A stretch of 63,966 bases of DNA, the filler included, from Octopus bimaculoides (taxonomy: Eukaryota), in the NCBI RefSeq assembly GCF_001194135.2. It is 8 parts of 8 records of this genome, joined end to end, with 100 filler letters (N's around TTAATTAATTAA, not from the genome) between each part and the next. Parts side by side here need not be neighbours in the genome. Positions count along the whole stretch, not along the records: positions 1 to 8,361 come from NC_069005.1; positions 8,462 to 18,218 come from NC_069010.1; 6 more parts are not named here. One strand, written 5' to 3'. Positions 1 to 11,239 of this stretch are shown here, piece by piece. The notes under the pieces are model-generated. The model searched no databases. It was not told where the DNA came from and worked only from the letters and a program-made list of their open reading frames with translations. The stretch's first letter is position 1. Every line of letters begins with the position of its first letter. Position numbers and translations under genes: made by a program.

Positions 1-19
1 GGCTTTAAAAAAAGAAAGC

Positions 20-105
20 TAGCACTGAGATAGATTCGTTTGACTAAAAATTCTTCAAGGCGGTGCCCCAGCATGGCCGCAGACTAATGACTGAAACAAG
101 TAAAA
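20..105 (+). mobile_element. SINE family A, 3' tail fragment
   Basis: aaggcggtgccccagcatggccgcagactaatgactgaaacaagtaaaa matches the tail of the full copies at 6952-7304 and 12773-13170. Confidence 0.6.
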
Positions 106-524
106 AATGAGGATTGGTAGGGAAAGTAAGGACGTCCGAATGGATGCTCTGCTTTGCGGTCTGAGTTCAAATCTTGCCATGGCCACTCAGTTTAACACTG
201 CCACCTGGGTCCATAGAGTTCCTTTAACGAAAACCCTTCACATTTCTCCCCACGACTTATATCCTGTCTACCACGCGGTCGATTTCCTGTTCAGCATGTG
301 GTATTTTCCATCTAACTGCTGTCGCTGAATTTACTGACATCAATACCACGTGACTTTTCTCGACCAATCACAAGCTTTACGTCCAGTAATAAACATTGAC
401 TCTCTTCAACCGAATTCTCACTCAGACTACAATGGCCGCAGACTGGCCACGCGCTTGAAACTCAGAGTACCAAGGATTCTGAATCAAACTGTTTCGATCT
501 ATGCATATGTGTATATGTGTATGT

Positions 525-525
<1 letters not shown>

Positions 526-581
<56 letters not shown>

Positions 582-618
582 CAGGAAGATAGATAGATAG
601 ACAGATAGATAGAGAGAT

Positions 619-675
<57 letters not shown>
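526..675. repeat. Compound (AGAT)n/(AT)n microsatellite
   Basis: Direct reading; runs into an N gap. Confidence 0.95.
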
Positions 676-1696
676 NNNNNNNNNNNNNNNNNNNNNNNNN
701 NNNNNNNNNNNNNNNNNNNNNNNNNNNNNNNNNNNNNNNNNNNNNNNNNNNNNNNNNNNNNNNNNNNNNNNNNNNNNNNNNNNNNNNNNNNNNNNNNNNN
801 NNNNNNNNNNNNNNNNNNNNNNNNNNNNNNNNNNNNNNNNNNNNNNNNNNNNNNNNNNNNNNNNNNNNNNNNNNNNNNNNNNNNNNNNNNNNNNNNNNNN
901 NNNNNNNNNNNNNNNNNNNNNNNNNNNNNNNNNNNNNNNNNNNNNNNNNNNNNNNNNNNNNNNNNNNNNNNNNNNNNNNNNNNNNNNNNNNNNNNNNNNN
1001 NNNNNNNNNNNNNNNNNNNNNNNNNNNNNNNNNNNNNNNNNNNNNNNNNNNNNNNNNNNNNNNNNNNNNNNNNNNNNNNNNNNNNNNNNNNNNNNNNNNN
1101 NNNNNNNNNNNNNNNNNNNNNNNNNNNNNNNNNNNNNNNNNNNNNNNNNNNNNNNNNNNNNNNNNNNNNNNNNNNNNNNNNNNNNNNNNNNNNNNNNNNN
1201 NNNNNNNNNNNNNNNNNNNNNNNNNNNNNNNNNNNNNNNNNNNNNNNNNNNNNNNNNNNNNNNNNNNNNNNNNNNNNNNNNNNNNNNNNNNNNNNNNNNN
1301 NNNNNNNNNNNNNNNNNNNNNNNNNNNNNNNNNNNNNNNNNNNNNNNNNNNNNNNNNNNNNNNNNNNNNNNNNNNNNNNNNNNNNNNNNNNNNNNNNNNN
1401 NNNNNNNNNNNNNNNNNNNNNNNNNNNNNNNNNNNNNNNNNNNNNNNNNNNNNNNNNNNNNNTATTATACATCATATACATGTATACATTTAATATATTT
1501 ACGAATATATAAAATGTATATATATTTCCATATAGTTTGATGTAAATGTATACTGATATGTGAGCAAGTGTGTATGTAAACACATGCATATATACGTATG
1601 TATAATAGAGTATTTGTCTATAAAGATATGTATATGCATACACAAGTATATGTGCGCGCGCATGAAAATATACATATAGCAGTTTATTGTATGCTG

Positions 1697-1729
1697 ATAC
1701 ATACATACATACATACATACATACATACA

Positions 1730-1758
<29 letters not shown>
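1697..1758. repeat. (ATAC)n microsatellite
   Basis: Direct reading. Confidence 0.95.
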
Positions 1759-1760
<2 letters not shown>

Positions 1761-2025
1761 GCACGCGTGTTTGAGGCAGAAAAGAAGAACTATGTACAAT
1801 AACAGAGATTCGCTGCGCTGCAGATGAAAAACATTTCTCACAGTACGTTGACAAACAAGAATATCTATCGACAAATACCTTGAAGCCCATAGCTTCTCCA
1901 CTCAGATTATAAATCTACTTATGTACTCATGAGTATCGGTGCACTCCGTTACGTTACTCAATGTCTACGTGGTACACTTGTAACGTTAGTGTTCAGGCAG
2001 AGAAAGAGACCCACTAGCTACACCC

Positions 2026-2350
2026 AGAAGGGTCGACTGAAAAGTTCATAGGTTGACCAAGATACTCTCATAGAATGTGACCAAAGAAGCTTTAATTTTC
2101 AAAATATTTCCCCTTACGGTGCACGCACGTCTTCCATTGGTGTTGCAGTACTTGAATATCATTGGCGAAGAAGCGTTCATTATGATAGTCAAGATATGTC
2201 ATTTACAAAAAGTCATTTACAGCAACACTGCGATACTGGTTCGCAGTCAAGTGCCTTTAGGTTGTAGTTTTTTTTTTGGGGGGGGGGGTGTTTACATTTT
2301 GGGGAACAGATAATAGTCAGATGGGACCAAATGAGTTGACCCGAGGGTGT
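2026..2350 (-). mobile_element. Mariner (Tc1/mariner) transposon 3' end, decayed transposase C-terminus plus TIR
   Basis: Minus-strand frames give LVPSDYYLFPKM (mariner YSPDLAPSDY-type motif), NQYRS and YLDYHNERFFANDIQVLQHQWKTCVHRKGKYFEN* (typical mariner C-terminus), followed by a TIR-like end reading gggtcgactgaaaagttcatagg on the plus strand; frameshifted. Confidence 0.8.
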
Positions 2351-2463
2351 AGAAGATGACACTTCCGCAAGATTCCAGGGAGCAGGATCAGGACTGAACT
2401 TCGGTACTCGTGTTTTCGGAGCAAACTTCTTAAACATTCGTTCATACTGCACCTGCATAAGTT

Positions 2464-2831
<368 letters not shown>

Positions 2832-3059
2832 ACGACACATGCATAAGCACATAACACAACACACACAGACAATACACGCACGCACACGCACACACAACCG
2901 AAACAAGGGACGAACACTAAAAATTTATTTTCGCTTTGAGATTCCACCGAAGATAAACTGCGTAGCTTCGTTGTTGCTTTAAATACATTTTGATGGACGA
3001 ACTTACACTGCTTTTATTGAATTGTTGCTCGTCCAGTTAATTATTCAAGACCAGTTTGT

Positions 3060-3340
3060 TTCAATAGACGTATTGTATGCAATGTCTTTCGATCTGGTTA
3101 AAACATTTTCACCGATACATTAGCTCACTTATAAAATATTTGCTAGAAATAGATTTCCTGAAGACAATCGTTGAGTTCAACAAACTAATCTAGCTTAATG
3201 AAAATTCATTCACGTATCTAAATGGAGAGCAAATCTCCAAGAATACCAATTGTAACCAGATGCGTTGTAATTCCTAAACTGTCCTCTCATCCACTCTATT
3301 CTCTCTAGCATTCTACTTTTACTTCAACTTCCGCTGACTG
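3060..3340 (+). pseudogene. Possible highly decayed CR1/L2-type reverse transcriptase fragment
   Basis: IDVLY..FDLVKTFSPIH and LNGE..SPRIPIVT resemble the RT segments VDxxYxDxxKAFDxVxH and NGxxSxxxxVxSGVPQG; many stops and frameshifts. Confidence 0.3.
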
Positions 3341-4597
3341 CATCGGCTTCCTGTGTGCTGCTAAGAATAAGGTCTTGTTACACTAAATAACATTTTTGTT
3401 TTGACATTCCAAATGACATTCATCATGGCATATGTTATTAATGCCGTAAGGATAATTTAGCAAATATAAGGAAGCCTTAAAAGTTCTTGGTCAACTTTAA
3501 GACTTCTTCATATTGTCACATTTTCTAACACCTACCTTGAAATTCTTTGGAAGTTAAACCTACAGATCGCATACTCTACTATGATACGTATACATACATA
3601 CATAGATATGCACATACATACATATCTATGTATGTGTATAGTACATATATGTGTGTGAGTGCATATGCATGTATTAATATACATATATATAATATAATAT
3701 AATATCACGCGAGTGCATTCACACACATTCACACACATTCACACACATTCACAAACACGCCTTCATATTTTCCGATGCTCTAAGGATTCTGCCCACCTTA
3801 GTCTATCTTAACAATGAATTAATAAACAGCCATCTGATGCATACACACATGCATGCATATATATATATATAAATATATNNNNNNNNNNNNNNNNNNNNNN
3901 NNNNNNNNNNNNNNNNNNNNNNNNNNNNNNNNNNNNNNNNNNNNNNNNNNNNNNNNNNNNNNNNNNNNNNNNNNNNNNNNNNNNNNNNNNNNTATATATA
4001 TATATGTAATATGCATATATGCATGTATGTGTGTATATATATGTATATATATATTTATAGTATGCATATATGTATGTATGTGTGTATATATATGTATGTA
4101 TACACACAGACACACACATGAATATATACTCTGAGTTTCGCCTGTCGGTGCACAGGCTCTTCAGGTTAGTTGCCACTGAAGGTAAAGACGGAATTTACAC
4201 ACACACACGCGCACACACATACACACGCACACATACGCATACACACATACACACACACACACACACACACGCACGCACACAAATAGGATTCTTATCGTAG
4301 GCGATGGTAGACAGGAAATGAGATAAAGGGAATGAAGGAGAAAGAAAGAAAAAGAAAAAAAACAAGAGAAAAAGAAAGCGAGAAAAGGGGAAAAGGAAAG
4401 AAGAGAAAAGAGAAGGAAAGTAAGGCGTGTTTGGAAATTGGTGGAATGAACTAGAATGGGCAGGTGTTTAAAATGGTAAAAGAATTCGATGAGAATTGAG
4501 TAAAGGAACTTGGAACTAGTGTGGGGTGGGGGTTGGAATGACAACGAACTTTCTGTAGGAGAAAGCTGGTGGATGAGCAGAAATAGGTAACCGAAGT

Positions 4598-4859
4598 CTT
4601 TTATTCTTTTACTTGTTTCAGTCACCTGACTGTGGCCATGCTGGAGCACCGCCTGAAAGGGGCTTTTTTTAAGCCTAAGAAACTGACCCCAGGACCTATT
4701 CTTTGTAAGCCTAGTACTTACTCTATCGTTCTTGTTTGCCGAACCGCTAGGTTACGGGGACGTAAACGCACCAACATTGGTTGTCAAGCGATGGTAGTGG
4801 GGAGGGTGACACAAACACAGACACAAAGACACGCACACATAAACACATACATTCACATA

Positions 4860-4899
<40 letters not shown>

Positions 4900-5013
4900 C
4901 GACGGGCTTCTTGCAGTTTCCGTCTACCAAATCCAGTCACAAGGCTTTGGTCGCCGGCCCGAGGCTATAGCAGAAGACACTTGCTCAAGGTGCCACGCAG
5001 TGGGATTGAACCT
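4598..5013 (-). mobile_element. SINE family A (tRNA-like head, internal microsatellite)
   Basis: Reverse complement of the family A body and tail with an internal (AT)n/(AC)n tract. Confidence 0.85.
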
Positions 5014-5040
5014 GGAGCCATGTATAGATAAATGCTCAGA

Positions 5041-5187
5041 CGTGGCTGTATGGTAAGATGGAAAGAAGCTTACTTCCCAGCCATGCGGTCTTGTGTTCAG
5101 TATCACGACGTGGCACCTTGTATTGCACCATAACCCCCGGTCGACCAAATCATTATGTGTGGATTTGGTAGACAGAAATAGAAACAA
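5041..5187 (+). mobile_element. SINE family A 5' half, diverged
   Basis: gtggctgtatggtaag...cacgacgtggcaccttg...ggatttggtagacagaaa. Confidence 0.6.
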
Positions 5188-5612
5188 GTCTGTCTTTTCT
5201 GGTTTACTAAATTATTCTTGGAGAACAGAATGTGGAATAGCTCCAAGTTACAGAGAGGACAAAAAAAGGATTTTTTTCCTTTTTGTGCTCTCTGTAACTT
5301 GGAGCTATTCCACATTCTGTTCTCCGAGAATAATTTAGTAAACCAGATAGCACAGAGAGCATGCAGATGCCAGCATTGGAGGAAACACACCTTCAGTTCT
5401 TTTCATTAATTTCATCCTTCTTACTAATTTTAGTTATTATTATTTTTATTTTTTCACCTAATGACATTCTCACTAGTGGGCAGCCACCTTACGAGTGGTA
5501 TGTACAATCACCCAGCTTAGTGTGTTCCTGTGGGTATTGAGTGGTCAGACTCTTGATAATTCAATAAGTAAGTAAATTAGTTGATCGAACAACTGAATCT
5601 TCATCATCGATC

Positions 5613-6100
5613 CTTTACTCTTTTACTCTTTTACTTGTTTCACTCATTTGATTGTAGCAATGCTGGAGCACCGCCTTTAGTCGAGCAAATCGACCCCAGG
5701 ACTTATTCTTTGTAAGCCTAGTACTTATTCTATTGGTATCTTTTGCCGAATCGCTAAGTTACGAGGACGTAAACACACCAGCATCGGTTGTCAAGCGATG
5801 TTGGGGGGTCAAACACAGACACTCAAGCATACACACACACACACACACACACATACNNNNNNNNNNNNNNNNNNNNNNNNNNNNNNNNNNNNNNNNNNNN
5901 NNNNNNNNNNNNNNNNNNNNNNNNNNNNNNNNNNNNNNNNNNNNNNNNNNNNNNNNNNNNNNNNNNNNNNNNNNNCATTCACAAGGCTTTGGTTGGCCCA
6001 AGGCTATAGTAGAAGACACTTGCCCAAGATGCCACGCAGTGGGATAGAACCCAGAACCATGTGGTTGGTAAGCAAGCTACTTAATACTAGTCACTCCTGA
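5613..6100 (-). mobile_element. SINE family A (interrupted by an N gap)
   Basis: Tail (ttactct)n and head aaccatgtggttggtaagcaagctac in reverse orientation. Confidence 0.85.
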
Positions 6101-6141
6101 GACTATATATATATTTCTCATTTCTATGCTTCTCTCCCTCT

Positions 6142-6212
<71 letters not shown>

Positions 6213-6238
6213 CCTCCCTCTAGCAGTCAAATCTCAAA

Positions 6239-6840
6239 CAAATTGATTTCTTTATATCTGCAGAGGGTCAGGATCCTAACAGGATAAATTATCCCCTTCA
6301 GTTGTCTTAAAATCTACATGTTTCGATGGACCCTGCGATATCCTCAACTGGAATTCACATGGCATGATAGACAACGGTTTCCAAGACCATTTTCCCAAGA
6401 AATGCAAACAAGTGAGGCTTGTTATCTCTACTACAGAAGAAGAACAATCGGGCCCTAAGAAATTGATAACGGATGACTTGTTCCCAAGGGTTCCCATCTG
6501 ACCAAAGCATTTAATGCACACATCAATTTCAAGTTCTGTAATTCGATGAAACGTATCGAATATATCTGCAAATAAGCCATAAACGGATCTGTTGCACTAA
6601 AGTAGCTGTGATAGACTTATCCAACTCCAGCAAAGACAAGCATCAGCAGTAAAGAGATTTTTCTGACTTGTTTTTTTTCTTTTTGCTTTTTCATAAAGAT
6701 ACTCCAGTACACAACATTTTGCTGGTTCACCTGGGAAATGGTTAATAGGTTTATTCCACCCAAGTAACTGCTGCACAGCAAGCAGAAAGTCCAAGGGACA
6801 CAACACATAGAGACATACTTTGTATTTGGACTGCTAAAGA
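6239..6840 (+). pseudogene. Helitron Rep (HUH endonuclease) domain remnant
   Basis: Successive frames give QIDFFISAEGQDP, DGPCDILNWNSHGMIDNG, YRRR, DNG*LVPKGSHLTKAFNAHINFKFCNSMKRIEYICK*AINGS, ISSKE and VHLGNG**VYSTQVTAAQQAESPRDTT, colinear with the conserved Helitron Rep blocks (ISAEIPDP, HGPCG, YRRR, FNAHINVExCxSxxSIKYxxKYxxKG, ISSNEA, VHLENGQRVYF). Confidence 0.85.
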
Positions 6841-6951
6841 ATAATAATGCCCAGTGGGAAGCAGCATAAAAAACTTGTGTATTTCAAACAGTGGGGAGTC
6901 GTAGGTCTTTATTCGCTTTTGTTAAACAGTTGTGAAACATCCTCATACATA

Positions 6952-7304
6952 GGCGCAAGAGTGGCTGTGTGGTAAGTAGCTTGCTTACCAACCACATGGT
7001 TCTGGGTTCAGTCCACTGCGTGACACCTTGGTCAAGTGTCTTCTGCGATAGCCTCGGGCCAACCAAAGCCTTGTGAATGAATTTGGTAGACGGAAACTGA
7101 AAGAAGCCCATCGTGTATATATATATATATATATATTGACAACCGATGTTAGTGTATTTACGCTTCCGTAACTTAGCAGTTCGGCAAAATAGACCGATAG
7201 AATAAGTACTAGGCTTACAAAGAATAAGTCCTGGGGTCGATTTGTTCGACTAAAGGCGGTGCTCCAGTATGGCCGCAGTCAAATGACTGAAACAAGTAAA
7301 AGAA
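6952..7304 (+). mobile_element. SINE family A, near full length
   Basis: Head ggcgcaagagtggctgtgtggtaag (A box-like), ggttcagtcc (B box-like), internal (AT)n, tail gaaacaagtaaaagaata. Confidence 0.9.
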
Positions 7305-7463
7305 TATATCTATATACGGCTATGCAATATAAATTGCGTAGATTGCACGACTAGATTGTTATTAACTGACACGTCTAGAGACACAATACGTGAAAAGCCA
7401 CCATGGAATTGTTGAAATATTTGTCAATCATGAAATAAAATATCATTAACTCCGATCTTAATT

Positions 7464-7505
<42 letters not shown>

Positions 7506-8301
7506 ACACACGACGGAGTTCTACAAAATTCACTCATAGGGCATTGGTTGGCAATAAGGCTATAGCAGCAGATATCTGCCCGATACCGCTGCGCCTAATT
7601 ATATATTTTTTTTTAATGTTTAGTTGAACAATGAGCTTTAGATGCTCACAACGTAAAGGAAAAAAAATTTTTTTTTTTTTTTTTTTTTTGCGTTTGAAAG
7701 CCAATAAACAAACATATTATTTTTTTATTGTCTATAATAAAATAGAAATTTATCAAGCTTCTAAATAATATTTACAGATTAATTCTAACGTATATAGGAC
7801 TAAAGTCATAAACATTTTATATAAAAAACATTTATTTTGCACAAGAACGTTTTAACGACTCTGTGTATGCGATTATGCATGTGTTTGCGTGTATTTGCAT
7901 GTGTCTGCCTTGTATTAATCGACTACAACTACTGTTCGCCATTTCACATGGAAGTTTGTATTATATGATATTTGGGGAGAAAGAAAGTAGAATGGAGAAG
8001 TAGTTTTAAGCTTTCTTTCTTTGTGTTTGTCTTACCCTCTCTCACCCGCTCTCTCTCTCTCTCCCTCTCTTTTATTCTCTCTTATTCTTCCTCTTTCTCT
8101 AGAATAGGGAAATACACTTATCAACTGAGAGACATAGAAATAGAGAGGAAGAAAGTGATGGTAATGGTGGCGGTGGTACGTTTGTGTGACGTCCAACTTC
8201 CTCTTTTACTTCCTTTACAATTTCTATTTAATCATTTTTTTATCGTTTCTTTCTTTCTCTCTCTCCTCTCTCTTTTCTCTCCCACTCCCTCTTTTCTCTC
8301 T

Positions 8302-8361
<60 letters not shown>

Positions 8362-8405
8362 NNNNNNNNNNNNNNNNNNNNNNNNNNNNNNNNNNNNNNN
8401 NNNNN

Positions 8406-8417
8406 TTAATTAATTAA
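8406..8417. other. Artificial scaffold linker TTAATTAATTAA
   Basis: Palindromic 12-mer with stops in all six frames, flanked by exactly 44 N on each side (100-bp spacer); recurs seven times. Confidence 0.9.
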
Positions 8418-8461
8418 NNNNNNNNNNNNNNNNNNNNNNNNNNNNNNNNNNNNNNNNNNNN

Positions 8462-9235
8462 GGTGGTGTTGTCGGTAGTGGTGGTGGAGGAGGAGGAAGG
8501 GAATGTGATGATGATGGCGAAGGTTAAAAAAGAAAATGCGGCGGCGGCGGTGGCGGTTATACTAACTGAGAGAGAGAAAGAGAGAGTGTGTGTGTGTGTG
8601 GTGGTAGTTGTAGTGATTGTGACAATGATGATGATGGTGGTGGTGGTGAAGATACTTATAATGATTGTGGCGGTGGTGGTGGTGGTGATGATACTTATAA
8701 TGATTGTGGTAGTGAAAGACGTGACGTGATATTACGGTGGAGGTGGAGTTGGAGGCGCAACAGAGTGTGTCGTCTGGCGATGATGGAGAACGAGAGAGGG
8801 GTAGCGGTAAAGAAGAGGGTGGTAGTTAGAGGAATAGTGATTGTGGACGTGATGGTGGTGGTGGTGGTGGTGTTGCTGTGTGGATATTGGCGATGGAGAA
8901 GATTTCTTGTGGTTTTTTTGGGGGGGAGGGTCATAGCAATGGTGGCGTTGTTGATAAGCTGTGTAAGAAGATGGTGTCGACTTTCACAAAGGGTATAAGA
9001 AAGGAAAGGGAGGGAAGGAGGGAGAAAAAAAAAATGAAAGAGAAAAAGCTGAATAAAGAGGAGTGATAGGTGGAGGAGGAGAGGTGAATGTGAAACGAGA
9101 GGGAGTGAGAAAGAGAGAGAGAGAGAGAGAGTAGTGGGAGACTGTGAAAGGAGGAAAAGAAAAGAAGAGATTGAGAGGTGGAGGTAAGTGAAGGGGAGAG
9201 ATGAAAATGTGAGCAAAGTGGGTGCGTGATGTTAT
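8462..9235. repeat. Purine-rich low-complexity tract (GGT/GAT/GAG triplets, (GA)n)
   Basis: Direct reading. Confidence 0.8.
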
Positions 9236-9559
9236 NNNNNNNNNNNNNNNNNNNNNNNNNNNNNNNNNNNNNNNNNNNNNNNNNNNNNNNNNNNNNNNNN
9301 NNNNNNNNNNNNNNNNNNNNNNNNNNNNNNNNNNNNNNNNNNNNNNNNNNNNNNNNNNNNNNNNNNNNNNNNNNNNNNNNNNNNNNNNNNNNNNNNNNNN
9401 NNNNNNNNNNNNNNNNNNNNNNNNNNNNNNNNNNNNNNNNNNNNNNNNNNNNNNNNNNNNNNNNNNNNNNNNNNNNNNNNNNNNNNNNNNNNNNNNNNNN
9501 NNNNNNNNNNNNNNNNNNNNNNNNNNNNNNNNNNNNNNNNNNNNNNNNNNNNNNNNNNN

Positions 9560-9600
<41 letters not shown>

Positions 9601-9734
9601 CGGGCTTCTTTCAGTTTCTGTCTATCAAATCCACTCACAAGGCTTTGGTCGGCCTGTATATATATATATATATAGATATATATACTACAAATATATATAT
9701 GCGTATATACGTACGTGTATGTACATACCTACAT

Positions 9735-9905
9735 CTACATGTATACATAGATGCATATCTGGGTAGAAGGACGTAGCAAAAAAACGTGGACAAAATGATA
9801 AACGGAGTACAGAAAACACACAGGCCACATAGAGAACATTTCCTTCATCAGCTGCCACCATTCTAAAACTAGGCGTTTCGAAATAAAATCACCATCTTCA
9901 TCATC
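9735..9905 (-). mobile_element. Penelope-like element pLTR fragment (putative)
   Basis: Minus strand has tttcgaaacg...gcagctgatgaaggaaatgttctctatgtggcc, similar in layout to the pLTR motif at 51030-51110. Confidence 0.35.
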
Positions 9906-9914
9906 ATTTAACAT

Positions 9915-10070
9915 TCGCCTTCTATGCTGGTGGGATGGTTTGACAGGTGCCGGCCAGGCCAAAACCTGCACCAGATTTCTGTGACTGTTTTGGCACAAGC
10001 ACAGGCGAGATCAGTTTTGGCAAAGTTTTTACGGCCGGATGCCCTTCCAAATGCCAACCACTTGGCTTTT
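9915..10070 (-). mobile_element. Retroposon tail family (ggttggcattaggaagggcatccggccgtaaaa-type motif)
   Basis: tttttacggccggatgcccttccaaatgccaacc; same motif in the opposite orientation at 12660-12705. Confidence 0.5.
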
Positions 10071-10439
10071 TAAGTGACACCTGCACTGACAGGGTCACCA
10101 AGTAACTTGGAGGGGGTGATCTTGTGTCAGATGATGAAAGGCTATAGTGACACAGACAGAAACAGGTGTCTTGCTGTAGGAAAGGTAACAAGGTTACCTG
10201 ACAGGAGGGCGGGGAAAGAGAGATCAAGAATGAAGACAGGAACAGGTGTGTTGCTACAAAGGAAATACGTGGTTATCCAACCTGAGGGAAGAGCAGGAGA
10301 AGGAGATAGAGAGAGTGGGAGACAGCAGGATAGAGATGGTGACAAAATGCCAGGCATACTCACAAGGGATGGGGAACAGAATATAAATGAGATGGTTGAA
10401 TAAAGGCAGAGAGAGAAATATAGATGATAGCAAGTGCCC

Positions 10440-10555
10440 TTGAGGTTCGAAGAAGTTTGCTTCCCAACCACATGGTTCCTGGTTCAGTCCCATTGCATGA
10501 CACCTTGGGTAACCTTATGAGTGGATTCGGTAGACAGAAACTGGAAGAAGACTAT
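10440..10555 (+). mobile_element. SINE family A 5' half with internal deletion
   Basis: cccaaccacatggttcctggttcagtcccattgcatgacaccttggg...gagtggattcggtagacagaaactggaagaag. Confidence 0.65.
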
Positions 10556-10719
10556 CATATATATATATATATCCCCACATTTTCACACCTACATACACAC
10601 ATGCATACGTTAAGATCACAAGCATTCTCTCACACACACGCACCTTCTCGTCTTGGGATCACTACTTTTTTGTTATCTCCCCTTCTTCTTAGCTCTCCTG
10701 TGTGATCCTTCTGTCTGGC

Positions 10720-10910
10720 ATTCGCCATGATAGATTGCTCACCACTACATTTATATTTTTTTCTCTCCTTGCTTCTTTCTGTATTCCTTTCTGTTGAAGA
10801 ACATAGGCTCGAAATGTTAAAGACTTTCTCTATTCCCAAGCGTTAAACTAATACATCCTTTTGTTGTTTACACCACCTGTCCTCGTCTGTTGTTTTTTCG
10901 TAAATACTCC
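10720..10910 (+). mobile_element. Penelope-like pLTR terminal fragment with degenerate minimal hammerhead
   Basis: ctttCTGTTGAagaacataggctcGAAATGTTaaag resembles the minimal type I hammerhead layout known from Penelope pLTRs; lies beside the GIY-YIG fragment. Confidence 0.45.
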
Positions 10911-11239
10911 TATATATACATATGTATATATATATATATNNNNNNNNNNNNNNNNNNNNNNNNNNNNNNNNNNNNNNNNNNNNNNNNNNNNNNNNNNNNN
11001 NNNNNNNNNNNNNNNNNNNNNNNNNNNNNNNNNNNNNNNNNNNNNNNNNNNNNNNNNNNNNNNNNNNNNNNNNNNNNNNNNNNNNNNNNNNNNNNNNNNN
11101 NNNNNNNNNNNNNNNNNNNNNNNNNNNNNNNNNNNNNNNNNNNNNNNNNNNNNNNNNNNNNNNNNNNNNNNNNNNNNNNNNNNNNNNNNNNNNNTTATTT
11201 ACATATATACCAAACTAGTTTCAACAATAGTCTTTGTTT

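Noticed and set aside
462-1901. Long ORFs in the track (e.g. 479 aa, 322 aa at 34476, 359 aa at 62715, 267 aa at 47388)
   Set aside because: Length comes from N runs and dinucleotide or tetranucleotide repeats (YIYI, CVCV, HTHT, LSLS); only the CR1 part of 62715 is real
8406-8417. TTAATTAATTAA recurring seven times (8406, 18263, 37984, 45876, 51420, 56272, 62206)
   Set aside because: Always centred in N runs forming a 100-bp spacer, with stops in six frames; a scaffolding linker, not biology
8463-9216. Val/Met/Gly-rich and Ser/Leu/Thr-rich ORFs
   Set aside because: Translations of degenerate GGT/GAT/GA repeats with no domain signal
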